A stretch of DNA of 63,201 nucleotides, the filler included. It is 9 parts of 9 records of this genome, joined end to end, with 100 filler letters (N's around TTAATTAATTAA, not from the genome) between each part and the next. Parts side by side here need not be neighbours in the genome. Positions count along the whole stretch, not along the records: positions 40,181 to 50,642 come from SRR2962707_3782; positions 50,743 to 57,802 come from SRR2962707_3786; 7 more parts are not named here. One strand, given 5' to 3'. Below are positions 43,619-53,995 of the stretch, in pieces (position 1 is the first letter of the stretch; the number at the start of each line of letters is the position of its first letter). The position numbers were made by a program, and so were the translations under genes. The notes under the pieces were generated by a model. The model saw nothing but the letters and a program-made list of their open reading frames with translations, had not been told where the DNA came from and searched no databases.

Positions 43619-45015
43619 TTCCCCCCCGGCAGCGCCATGATCGCGGCGAGGCCGGGCTTATCCCCGGCTTGCGGTGACGCATCATCAAGCAGCAATTGCC
43701 CACCATGCAGCGCCGCAACGGCTTGAACAAGGCTCAATCCCAGTCCTGTGCCGGGTTTTGAACGGCTTTCATCGAGCCGCACGAAGCGCTTGACCACATC
43801 ATCGCGCCGGTTTGCCGGAACGCCCGGACCATTGTCGACAACGGCCAGACGTACCTGACCAGCGGACCGGCTCAGGGTCACGGTAATTTCCGGTTTGGGC
43901 ACGTCGCCAACATATTTGACAGCATTGTCGATCAGGTTTGACAGGGCTTGCGCCAGAAGTTCGCGATTGCCGTGGATTGTAATACCGGGAGCGATCTGTG
44001 CCGTCAGCGTCACCCCCTCCTCCTCGGCCACCGGCTCATAGAGTTCAGTGGCATCCTGGGCCAATCCCGACAAATCAACATCGCTCATCTGCGCTGTCGA
44101 CGACCCGGCCTCAACGCGGCTGATCATCAACAACGCATTGAAGGTCCGGATCAACTGGTCGCTGTCAGCGATCATCTGTTCCAGCGCATCATGCTGGGCT
44201 GTGGGATCACCGTCGGCCAGGGCAGCTTCGGCACGGTTTCGCAATCGGGTGAGCGGGGTCTTGAGATCATGGGCAATATTGTCGGACACCTGCCGCAAAC
44301 CTTCATTGAGCCGCTCAATACGGTTAAGCATGATGTTGAGTGACAGGCTCAACCGGTCAAACTCGTCACCCGAGCCGTTGACCGGAAGCCGCTGCGACAG
44401 ATCGCCAGCAAGGATTTTCTTGCTGGCTTCCGACATGTGATCAATGCGCCGAAGCGCCCTGCGCCCGACAAAGAACCAGATCGCCAGCGCACCGACGAAC
44501 ATGATCGCCAGAGCCATCACCAGTGCCTGGCGCACCAGTCCGCGCACCTGATCGCGCTCGCCGATGTCGCGTCCAACCATCAGGCGCATGCCATTGGGCA
44601 GGAACACAACCTGCGCTAAGGCACGATGGCTTTCATCGGACGTCTCGCCGATCCGCTCATAGCGAAACGGAACTGCGCTCCAGCCCTCGGAATCAAGAAC
44701 GCCGGGCTGCAGAGAGGCAATATTTCCGGCAATCAACTCGCCGGTGGGAGATGCGATGGCATAAAGATTGGCGCCAGGCTGGCGCGAGCGGCGTTCGATG
44801 CTCCGGACAAGGCCGGCCACTCCGCCGCCACGGTAAGCGGCGGCGACAATACGCAACTCGTTGGCAATGGCACTCTGGGTGCGGTCGCGTTGCATGCCTT
44901 CGGATATCGCCGTGACATAGAACACCAGAGCCACCGCGCAGACTGCGAACAGACCGAGATAAAGCGCCGACAGGCGGACCGCCGTCGTCGACAACATGGC
45001 ACGGAGCCGGGTCAT
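43615..45015 (-). CDS. HAMP-containing sensor histidine kinase
   Basis: Two TMs, HAMP, NIAHDLKTPLTRL, NLIDNAVKY, DNGPG, GTGLGLS. Confidence 0.95.
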   Translation of the reverse strand: MTRLRAMLSTTAVRLSALYLGLFAVCAVALVFYVTAISEGMQRDRTQSAIANELRIVAAAYRGGGVAGLVRSIERRSRQPGANLYAIASPTGELIAGNIASLQPGVLDSEGWSAVPFRYERIGETSDESHRALAQVVFLPNGMRLMVGRDIGERDQVRGLVRQALVMALAIMFVGALAIWFFVGRRALRRIDHMSEASKKILAGDLSQRLPVNGSGDEFDRLSLSLNIMLNRIERLNEGLRQVSDNIAHDLKTPLTRLRNRAEAALADGDPTAQHDALEQMIADSDQLIRTFNALLMISRVEAGSSTAQMSDVDLSGLAQDATELYEPVAEEEGVTLTAQIAPGITIHGNRELLAQALSNLIDNAVKYVGDVPKPEITVTLSRSAGQVRLAVVDNGPGVPANRRDDVVKRFVRLDESRSKPGTGLGLSLVQAVAALHGGQLLLDDASPQAGDKPGLAAIMALPGGK

Positions 45016-45692
45016 CAGCCTCCGGCTTTCATCATGTAACCGGCGCCACGTACGGTGCGCAGCAACGGCTCGCCGAAATCCTTTTCGATCTTTGACCTCA
45101 GCCGCGAAATATGGACATCGATGACATTGGTCTGCGGATCGAAGTGATAATCCCAGACATGCTCAAGCAGCATGGTGCGGGTGACCACCTGACCGGCATT
45201 TTTCATCAGATATTCGAGCAGACGGTATTCGCGCGGCTGCAGCGGTATCTGCTGGCCGGCGCGGCGGACTTCATGGCTCAATCGATCAAGTTCGAGGTCG
45301 CCCACGCGGTAGGTGGTTTCCTGTTCGCGCCCGCCCTTGCGGCGTCCGAGAATTTCGATCCGGGCCAGCAATTCGGAAAAGGCATAGGGCTTGGTGAGAT
45401 AATCGTCACCGCCGGCGCGCAGGCCGGTCACACGGTCGTCGACCTGTCCCAGCGCTGAAAGGATCAGTGCCGGAGTATCGTCCCCCTTGCCGCGCAATTC
45501 GCTGATGATCGACAAGCCGTCGCGTTTGGGCAGCATGCGATCCACCACCAGCACATCATAGCTGTTTTCGGATGCAAGAAAGAAACCGGAATCACCATCG
45601 CTGGCGTGATCAACGGTGATCCCCGCTTCGCGGAAGGCTTTGGACAAATAGGCGGCGGTTTCCAGATCGTCTTCGATAATGAGAATCTTCAT
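45015..45692 (-). CDS. OmpR-family response regulator
   Basis: IIEDD, VVDRMLP, GGDDYLTKPY, winged helix VWDYHFDPQTNVIDVHISRLR. Confidence 0.95.
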   Translation of the reverse strand: MKILIIEDDLETAAYLSKAFREAGITVDHASDGDSGFFLASENSYDVLVVDRMLPKRDGLSIISELRGKGDDTPALILSALGQVDDRVTGLRAGGDDYLTKPYAFSELLARIEILGRRKGGREQETTYRVGDLELDRLSHEVRRAGQQIPLQPREYRLLEYLMKNAGQVVTRTMLLEHVWDYHFDPQTNVIDVHISRLRSKIEKDFGEPLLRTVRGAGYMMKAGG

Positions 45693-45836
45693 GGAGGCAT
45701 CCTAGAGCGCTTTCCGTTGAAATGGAATCATCGGAAATCCGGACAAAAAAACGCGGCGGGCAATGTGGGGGCGGCCCGCCGCGTTGTGGCATCCGGAACG
45801 CTTCATGCGTTCCGGATGCAAGAGGATCAGGCAGAC

Positions 45837-47405
45837 TTAGCCTTGATCGATAGGCAGGGCGACGAAGCGCGAACGGTTCTCGTTTTCGACCTGGAACAGG
45901 GCTGCCTTGCGGCCATCCTTGGCGGCGGCATCAATGATGGCGACCACGTCGGCGGCCTTGGAGACATCCTGGTTGTTGACAGCAAGGATCACGTCACCGG
46001 CACGCAGACCGCGTTCCTCGGCAGCGCTGTCAGGCGCCACGGAGGTGATGACGAGGCCGTTACCGGTTTCCGCCGGGACCACCGTCAAGCCGAAGCTGTC
46101 GAGGGTTGCCTCTGCTTGAGGCGCGGAGGGAGCCTCGTCCTGATCGGGATCAACCGCAGCCACTTCCGTTGGCAGCGCGCCGAGCTCAACCTTGACGGAT
46201 TCGCTCTTGCCATTGCGCCACACCGTGATGTCTACGGTCTTGCCCGGATCCATGGCTGCGATTTTCTTGGCGAGATCGCGTGGATCCTTGACCATGTCGC
46301 CATCGACGGCGGTAACCACGTCACCGGCCACGATACCGGCCTTGGCGGCAGGCGCATCGTCCTGCGGTGCAGTGACCAAGGCGCCTTCGGAAGCGGCCAG
46401 ACCGAGAGATTCGGCAATGTCGGCAGTGACCGGCTGGATCTGGACACCGAGCCAGCCGCGCTCGACCGAGCCGCTGTCGATCAGATCATTGATCACGGCG
46501 CGTGCGGTGGATGCCGGAATGGCAAAGGCGATGCCGACATTGCCGCCCGATGGGGAGAAGATGGCGGTGTTGATGCCGATTACTTCGCCGTTGAGGTTGA
46601 AGGTCGGGCCACCGGAGTTGCCGCGGTTGACGGCCGCATCCACCTGGATGAAATCGTCGTAAGGACCTGCGCCAATGTCACGGCCGCGGGCCGAGACAAT
46701 GCCTGCGGTAACTGTGCCGCCGAGGCCAAAGGGGTTGCCCACTGCCACGACCCAGTCGCCGACCCGGATCTTGGAATCATCAGCGAAGTCGACATAGGTG
46801 AACTTGCGTTTTTCCTCGACCTTGAGAACCGCGAGATCGGTGCGGCTGTCGCGACCGACGAGCTGGGCGTCCAGTTCGGTGCCGTCATCCATGATCACGG
46901 TAAAGGCGGAGCCGTCTTCAACAACGTGGTTGTTGGTAACCAGAAGGCCATCTTCAGAGATGAAGAAGCCGGACCCCTGGCTGACGGGACGAACCCGACC
47001 TGGACGACGCTTGCCCTCAGGTCCACGACGGTCACGTTCGGCACGGCGGTCGCTGTCAGGCTCACCCTTTTCGCCAAAGCCGCGGCTGAACTGATCGAAG
47101 AAACGCTTCATCGGATGATCATCGGGAAGGTCGTCGAACCCCTTGCCGTTGAAATCAAAGTTGAAGCCGCTGTCGTTGGAGACAGGTTTCACCTCGGCCT
47201 GCACGCGAACAGAGACAACAGCCGGGGAAACGGCTTCAACCACATCGGCGAAACTGGGCGCCTGCGGAGCTTCAACGCGGACGGCATCAGCGAAAGCACC
47301 GGAAATCGGCGCAGGCACGCCGGTGACAAGCAGGGCAGCGGCGATACCGGCAATCGCCGTCGTGCTCAGGAAGCCCTTGGAAATTTTGCGGGGTGTGTTC
47401 GACAT
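45837..47405 (-). CDS. degP: Do/DegP family periplasmic serine protease with two PDZ domains
   Basis: Signal peptide; GSGFFIS, TNNHVV, DLAVLK, GNPFGLGGTVTAGIVSA, NRGNSGGP. Confidence 0.93.
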   Translation of the reverse strand: MSNTPRKISKGFLSTTAIAGIAAALLVTGVPAPISGAFADAVRVEAPQAPSFADVVEAVSPAVVSVRVQAEVKPVSNDSGFNFDFNGKGFDDLPDDHPMKRFFDQFSRGFGEKGEPDSDRRAERDRRGPEGKRRPGRVRPVSQGSGFFISEDGLLVTNNHVVEDGSAFTVIMDDGTELDAQLVGRDSRTDLAVLKVEEKRKFTYVDFADDSKIRVGDWVVAVGNPFGLGGTVTAGIVSARGRDIGAGPYDDFIQVDAAVNRGNSGGPTFNLNGEVIGINTAIFSPSGGNVGIAFAIPASTARAVINDLIDSGSVERGWLGVQIQPVTADIAESLGLAASEGALVTAPQDDAPAAKAGIVAGDVVTAVDGDMVKDPRDLAKKIAAMDPGKTVDITVWRNGKSESVKVELGALPTEVAAVDPDQDEAPSAPQAEATLDSFGLTVVPAETGNGLVITSVAPDSAAEERGLRAGDVILAVNNQDVSKAADVVAIIDAAAKDGRKAALFQVENENRSRFVALPIDQG

Positions 47406-47495
47406 GTCTCAACCTCTTGTTTGGTACCAAAGCCGTTTATCCGGCTCTTGCAGACAAGAGATAGGCCGATACCACTTACGACAAGCTTTCCGGAT

Positions 47496-47513
47496 CATTA
47501 AACCTTTGTAATG
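47496..47513. promoter_or_regulatory. Candidate OmpR/CusR-type operator upstream of degP
   Basis: Dyad CATTA-N8-TAATG about 90 nt upstream of the degP start. Confidence 0.4.
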
Positions 47514-47597
47514 TTTGCCGCCTTGTCTTCGCCACAATCTTTTGACGCCAGCGCTTTCGCAACCCGGCAGCGGGAGGTTTGGGAGCCGATGAAATGG

Positions 47598-48845
47598 TCA
47601 GATGACCTTGGTGGCCACTTTTGCACCATGCTCAAGTGTGCGGTGAACCGGGCATTTTCCGGCAATCTCGACGATCTTGTCGGCAAGCCCCTCCGGCACG
47701 CCGCCATCAATCGAGATGATCCGCTCGAACCGGTCGATCTTGCCGCCATTGGCGCGTTCGGCCTCGGTGCACTCCAGACAATCGGCTGCATGAACCTTGT
47801 TGTGCCGAACGGTGACTGTCACCAGGCCAAGGTCTAGTTTCTTGAGACGGACATACATGCGCAAGGTCATGGCGGTGCAGGCACCGAGTGCAGCCGACAT
47901 CAGATCATAAGGTGACGGCCCGGTGTCAGCGCCGCCGACATCAACCGGTTCATCAGCCAGGAAACGGTGAGGGCCTGCCTGGACGTGCACCTGAAAACGC
48001 CCCTGCCCGGTTTCTCCGACAACCACATCCTCAACCGGCTCATCTTCCTTGCGCGGCGCTTCGGCAGGTAAATAGCGCGATGCCCAGGACGCAATGATGC
48101 CCGCGACGTAATTGGCGTCCGCCGGGTTGGTCAGCAGATGATCGGCGCCATCCAGCGAGACAAAGCTTTTGGGGTGTTTTGCCGCGGTGAAAATTGCGGC
48201 GGCGTTGTCGATGCCCACCACAGCGTCGCGCGGCGCATGCAGGACCAGCAGCGCTTTCTTCATGTGGCCGATCCGCTCGGCCAGGCGGGTGGCATTGAGG
48301 TCATCTATGAACTGCCGCTGGATTGTGAAGCTGCGACCACCCAGATTGACCTCGGCCTCGCCTTGCGCGTTGATCTCGTCAACATGGGCGCCGAAATTGT
48401 GGATCACGTGGCTCGCTTCAGAAGGGGCGCCCAGCGTCGCGACGGCCTTCACGGACTTGAGATCGCCTGCAATTGCCAGAACCGCCGCGCCGCCGAGCGA
48501 GTGTCCGATAAGGATTTCCGGCGCGCTGTAGTGGACTGCCAGCCAATCAGCGGCTGCGCGCAGATCTTCGAGATTGGAGGAGAAATTGGTCGAGGCGAAT
48601 TCGCCATCACTTGAGCCCAGCCCGGTAAAATCAAAGCGCATGACCGCGATGCCGGCACTAGCCAGCTCACCCGATATGCGGCGGGCGGCGAGCGTATCCT
48701 TGGAACAGGTGAAGCAGTGGGCAAACAGCGCCCAGGCGCGGATGGTGCCGGCCGGCAGGTCCAGCCGTGCTGCCAGTTTCGCGCCGGAATGGCCCGCGAA
48801 TTCCGCCTTGATTGTATGTGCCGTCATGCCCTGCCCCTTCGTCAT
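47598..48845 (-). CDS. Bifunctional alpha/beta-hydrolase-OsmC family protein
   Basis: FAHCFTCSKD, GHSLGG nucleophile, SLDGADHLL; OsmC part ADEP...GPSPYD...LGACT...KCPVHRTL. Confidence 0.92.
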   Translation of the reverse strand: MTKGQGMTAHTIKAEFAGHSGAKLAARLDLPAGTIRAWALFAHCFTCSKDTLAARRISGELASAGIAVMRFDFTGLGSSDGEFASTNFSSNLEDLRAAADWLAVHYSAPEILIGHSLGGAAVLAIAGDLKSVKAVATLGAPSEASHVIHNFGAHVDEINAQGEAEVNLGGRSFTIQRQFIDDLNATRLAERIGHMKKALLVLHAPRDAVVGIDNAAAIFTAAKHPKSFVSLDGADHLLTNPADANYVAGIIASWASRYLPAEAPRKEDEPVEDVVVGETGQGRFQVHVQAGPHRFLADEPVDVGGADTGPSPYDLMSAALGACTAMTLRMYVRLKKLDLGLVTVTVRHNKVHAADCLECTEAERANGGKIDRFERIISIDGGVPEGLADKIVEIAGKCPVHRTLEHGAKVATKVI

Positions 48846-48875
48846 TCTGTCACGTGTCAGTTCGGGGCGGTGATA

Positions 48876-49364
48876 TCAAACTTCTCGATCACGGTCTTTC
48901 AACAGTTTCGCGAGCTCGGCTTGTTCGTCATCGCTGAGCCCGCCACCGCCGGCTTTGGTAACGCTCTTGTCGCGGCCGCGGCCGTTGACCAGCATGACCG
49001 CAGCGCCAATCAGGAAGATCGCCACCGGCGCGCCCCACAGCAACACCGTCTGCACCGAAAAACGCGGTTTGAGCAGCACGAACTCACCATAACGCGAGAC
49101 GACATAATCGATCACGTTCTCATCGCTGTCGCCTTGCACCAGCCGTTCGCGCACCAGGAGCCGCAAATCGCGGGCAAGTTCGGCGTTGGAATCGTCGATC
49201 GACTGGTTCTGGCAAACCAGACAGCGGAATTCGAGCGACAGGGTCCGCGCCCTCGCCTCCAGTGCCGGATCATCCAGCACTTCATCGGGATTGACCGCAT
49301 GAGCCGAGCCGATGAAAGCCAGGATGAGCAGAACCGCTGCAAACGCCTGGCGAAAACCGATCAC
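48876..49364 (-). CDS. ccmH: Cytochrome c biogenesis protein CcmH (CycL)
   Basis: [36 protein letters not shown] start overlaps the ccmF stop (GTGA). Confidence 0.93.
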   Translation of the reverse strand: MIGFRQAFAAVLLILAFIGSAHAVNPDEVLDDPALEARARTLSLEFRCLVCQNQSIDDSNAELARDLRLLVRERLVQGDSDENVIDYVVSRYGEFVLLKPRFSVQTVLLWGAPVAIFLIGAAVMLVNGRGRDKSVTKAGGGGLSDDEQAELAKLLKDRDREV

Positions 49365-50642
49365 GCCGCTGCCTCCGCAGACTTCTTGGAGCGGGCACGG
49401 TTTGGCGCGCCGATACGCAAGCGGCGGTCGGACAGCGACAACACGCCACCGATAACCATCAGGATGGTGCCGTACCAGATGAACGTCACCCAGGACTTCC
49501 ACCAGATCCGCACCACGAGGCCGCCATTGGCTTCAGGGTCGCCGAGCGCGATGTAAAGCTGGCTGGCGCCGAAGGTCAGGATGCCGGCCTCTGTGGTCGG
49601 CATCCCCCGGGCCTGATAGAACCGTTTGGCAGAGGCAACTTGAGCCACTTCAACACCACCGCGCGACACGGTGAATTCGCCCGACTGGGCGGTATAATTG
49701 GGTCCCTTGTAATCGCGGATGCCGTCATAGCGCAGCTCGTAGCCGCCCGCCGTGGCGGTATCGCCGGGTTTCATGGCGATGACGGTTTCGGTCGAGAACA
49801 CGCTTGCCGCAACGACGCCAATCACAGTGACGCCCAATCCCATGTGGCCGAGCGCCGATCCGAAAGCCGAGCGCGGCAAACCGGCCAGACGGCTCCAGGC
49901 AACGCTTGAGCGTACCCGGCCGATGCCTGCGCGCAATGCCAGATCTGTGAATGCGCCAAGGATCAGGAAAACGCCCAGTGCTATTCCAATCCCTGCCAGC
50001 ACAGGTGCGCCTGTCTTGAGGAACACCACCGCCAGGCCGACCAGCATCGAAACGCCAACGGCGAAATACAGCCTGTGCGCGGCACCCGCCAGATCAGCGC
50101 GCTTCCAGGCCAGCAACGGCCCGAACGGCACAGCCAGCAGCAACGGCACCATCAATGGGCCAAACGTCAGATTGAAGAAAGGCGGACCGACGGAGATCTT
50201 GGTACCGGTGACGGCTTCCAGCAGCAGCGGATACAGCGTGCCGACCAGAACCGTGGCTGCCGCCGTGGTCAGGAACAGATTGTTGAGGACCAGCGCCCCC
50301 TCGCGAGAGATCGGCGCAAACATGCCGCCGGCCTTCAAGGTGCCTGCCCGGAAACCGAACAGCGCCAGCGCACCGCCGATGAAGATCACCAGAATGCCCA
50401 GAATGAAAACACCGCGCGCCGGATCGGTGGCAAATGCGTGCACAGACGTCAGAACACCGGAGCGAACCAGGAAGGTGCCGAGCAGCGAGAACGAGAAGGT
50501 CAGAATGGCAAGCAGCACCGTCCAGATTTTCAACGCCTCGCGCTTTTCCATGACCAGCGCCGAATGCAACAGCGCAGTGCCGACCAGCCAGGGCATGAAC
50601 GAAGCGTTTTCGACCGGATCCCAGAACCACCAGCCGCCCCAG
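49361..50642 (-). CDS. ccmF: Heme lyase CcmF (CycK), 5'-truncated
   Basis: [43 protein letters not shown]. Confidence 0.96.
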
Positions 50643-50742
50643 NNNNNNNNNNNNNNNNNNNNNNNNNNNNNNNNNNNNNNNNNNNNTTAATTAATTAANN
50701 NNNNNNNNNNNNNNNNNNNNNNNNNNNNNNNNNNNNNNNNNN
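50643..50742. other. Artificial contig spacer
   Basis: N44-TTAATTAATTAA-N44. Confidence 0.99.
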
Positions 50743-53700
50743 GCAGCAGCAGCAGCAGCAGCAGCGCTACCACCTCCAGCAACCTTATCAATGACAACGA
50801 CAGAGCCGCCAGCAACGGCCGCAGCGAATGCAGCAACAGTGGATGGTACTTTGCAACTGTGAAGGCTATCGCCAGCACAGGAACATCACATGTAGCCAAT
50901 GGAAGCGCACGGAGAAGTTCAAGCACAGCTTCTGAATCTAATCCTGGTTCTGGTTCTTGTTCGTCCATGTTCACAGTTTTTGGCTCCACGGAGCTTATGC
51001 GCAACTTGGCCACATCGGTGAGTCGTAGCGATGGGACTTTGCAGGTGAATGTGCACGCGCAAATCAACGGTCGGTCACCTCCACTGTCGATTCAAGCAGC
51101 ACGTGTGTTGCACTTTGTGCTTCCCAACAAGCTATCAGGGGCTGAGTGGCCATCAACCGTTGCTGGGGCAGTGGCATATTCTTCATTGTCTTCGTTTGTC
51201 CGTTCGCTTCTTGACGAACGCGTCGTCAAAGTACCGTCGGCGATCCCCGTGCAATGGCGCGGTGTCGTGGACTGGCTTGAAGTGGCTGATGGTGCAGCTA
51301 TTGATTGTCGCAAGAAGACAGCATTGGAAAAGAGTGACACTTGTCCACGTGCAGAGATGGAGGTGTTAAGTGTGACATCGACAACCCAGATTCTTTTGAC
51401 GTTCAAGCACACCATTTCCCGGGCACCCCCCGTGTCTCCAGCAACGCTGTCTACATTGCGGTCAAGAAGCAGTTCGCCGTCATCTCCTGGTGTTTCACTC
51501 GAGGAGCGAGTGGCGGAGATGGTGAATGCCCGGCTGGGTGGTGTCAATGCATCCGTGTTGAAACTTTCAAAACACTTCACTCCCCACTTCTGTAGGGGAG
51601 GGCTGAGCGGAAAGCCCACAAACATGGTTCCCAGCGCTGTAGTAACAGGCCCATCAGGGTGTGGAAAATCCGCACTTCTCAATGCGTTTGCATGCGCGCT
51701 GCGAGATGCTCATGGTGGCATTGACTTATCAATATTAATGTTGGACGCAGCAGCAGTGTATGGTGGTGGGCCTGAAAGTGGAGGGTCCACTAGGCCCGAA
51801 GATGCAGTTCGTGCTGTGTTTGTTGCGGCAAGGAAGCGATCGCCTTGTGTCATTATCATCGACGATCTTCAATCGCTGGCTCCAATTCGCAGCATGCAGT
51901 CAACCCCAATGGCGCGTGCTGTCTGTGCAACCCTGGAGGCTGAGATAAAAATATGTGCCAAGCACTCCCAACTCAGCGCTGAAGCTACTTCAACGTTTCC
52001 GCGCCCAGTGGCTTGTATTGGGCTCGCCCAGAGCCTGAGTGGCATTGATCGCAATGTCCTTAACCCGGATTGTCTGGGAGCGGCAATATTTGAGATTGCC
52101 CCGTTGGGGCAACTCGAAAGGCTTGATTTTTTGACTGTCGTGTTTGGTAAGTGTTCATGCCGCGCAAACCGATTCGGGAAACCACATGCTACCTGGGCGC
52201 TGACGTATTGTTTCCGCAATGATTTTACTTGGCGCGTTTAGGACGTTCCATTAGTCGCCCGGCTAAGGCAACGACTGCCTCGAGCGTTTCGTGCACACAC
52301 GACGCGTGTATACTTAACCCGCGACGCTCTGTAGCGCAGCGACCTCAACTTGCTCAGATGCTACGATGGGTCGCAACAGCAACTGTCGGATTTTTGGCTG
52401 CAGATCTTGAAGCTCTTTGTCGTGAAGCCATTCTTCAGAGTATTGCTTCTTTCTCGAGAAACAGCAACTGTTTGGACTCAATTGTAGACGAACCGACTGG
52501 TGGTATTCAACGGCAACATTTTGAAGCTGCGATGTACATAACGCGCCCGTCGCAAATGAAAAGTACCGATCGTTTTGCAGACGACGTATCCCAGGCACTG
52601 GAGAAACCGCGACTCGACGAACTGTCTGAGGAGCCCAAGTCCTCTCGCTCATGGGCCGGCCAAATGATGCGAGCTTTCGCTCATCTTCCAGGATTGCGCC
52701 GAGTTCATCGTCGCATTGTGCGATCTGTCTTGCAGCCACTTGCCGAGCCAGATCTACTCCGTCGCTTTGGCGTTCCCAACCCGCGGGGTGTTCTACTGTT
52801 TGGGTGCGTGAGAGCTTCACCGCAGTTGTTTCTTGGCCTGGCCATGCGGCAAGCAACTCATTTAATCAATTGTATCTCATCAGACCACCTGGAACTGGCA
52901 AAACTGCGACCGGTCTTGCGATGCAAACGGCTGTGAAAGGCTTTGCAAATTTCATATGCGTCACCTGCACATCCATTGTGGATAAAGAGCTTGGGGCTAC
53001 TGAGAAGGTAGATGCCTTGGTGAATCTGCTGTGACGGTGGTGCATATCGGTTTGAGCCAGCGGTGATGTTGAATTGTTTTGGCCTCGCAGGCAATAGCCA
53101 GGGCTTTTTTGCAAGCGCGCAACGTAGCTCCGTGCATTTTGTTTTTGGATCAAATCGAAGCGCTGGCGCCAGTGCGCGGGAACGATCAGGTGTGATCGTT
53201 GTTCTTGCTGGTGTAGGATTGTTGTGTCGGGGTCATCGTGTCGCTCACTCGGCGTCTGTATCATTTGTTTGCTTTTTTAGTCTTCAGAATTGACGTTTGA
53301 TCGACTCTTGAGTTGTTTGCTGACTGAAATGGACGGTGTGTCCTCGTCTGCAAATCATGACGGGAATGGTTCTGGAATGGTAATTGTTGTTGCAACGACT
53401 GGTCGAAAAGAGTGGCTAGACCCATCGATATTGCGTCCGGGGCGTCTGGATGAGCACATATCGCTTAGCTTGCCAGATTTGAAAGATCGCATTGAAGTGT
53501 TGACGCACAGGCTTCGGGGCATGCCACTGCAAGTGGACACTATTTTCCCACATAATGTCAACGCCAGACCCGACGGCAACAACGAAAGCGATCAACCTAT
53601 TTCTCAGTCTGGAGTGGAGCATTCTTCCAGCGAGTCCGACGATCTGTCAGATGATGATGACATTTTTGGTGCTCGCAGAACTTGCAGTGGGGGTGGGGAC

Positions 53701-53904
53701 CTGGGCGCGCAAGAGTCGGATCAATTTTCGCAGCTAGTCCAAAGCATTGCCAGAGAAACGGACGGCTTTTCTCACGCCGACTTGTGCAACGGCATACAAG
53801 AAGCGGCCATGCTTGCACTCCGGGATAACATTGAAGCCCCGACTCTTCGCGACTTGCATTTGGCGCAAGTATTTGGATTGCACTCTGCCACAAGTGATGT
53901 TTAA
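50743..53904 (+). CDS. Multi-exon double-AAA ATPase (CDC48/SPATA5-like), probably 5'-truncated
   Basis: D1 GPSGCGKS...IIIDD, GFLAADLEALCREA; D2 PRGVLLFG|PPGTGKT, ILFLDQIE, LLTEMDG, LDPSILRPGRLD, GFSHADL; frame is open from the poly-Ser at the contig start. Confidence 0.85.
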
Positions 53905-53995
53905 CGGCAACCGCTGCCAATGTGTTGCGAACGTGGCTGTCGCAAAAGTAGCGGTCCGCTCGGTTTAATTATTTTTATTGACATCCCAATTTAGC

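Noticed and set aside
45606-47501. 631-aa plus-strand ORF
   Set aside because: Antisense shadow of degP
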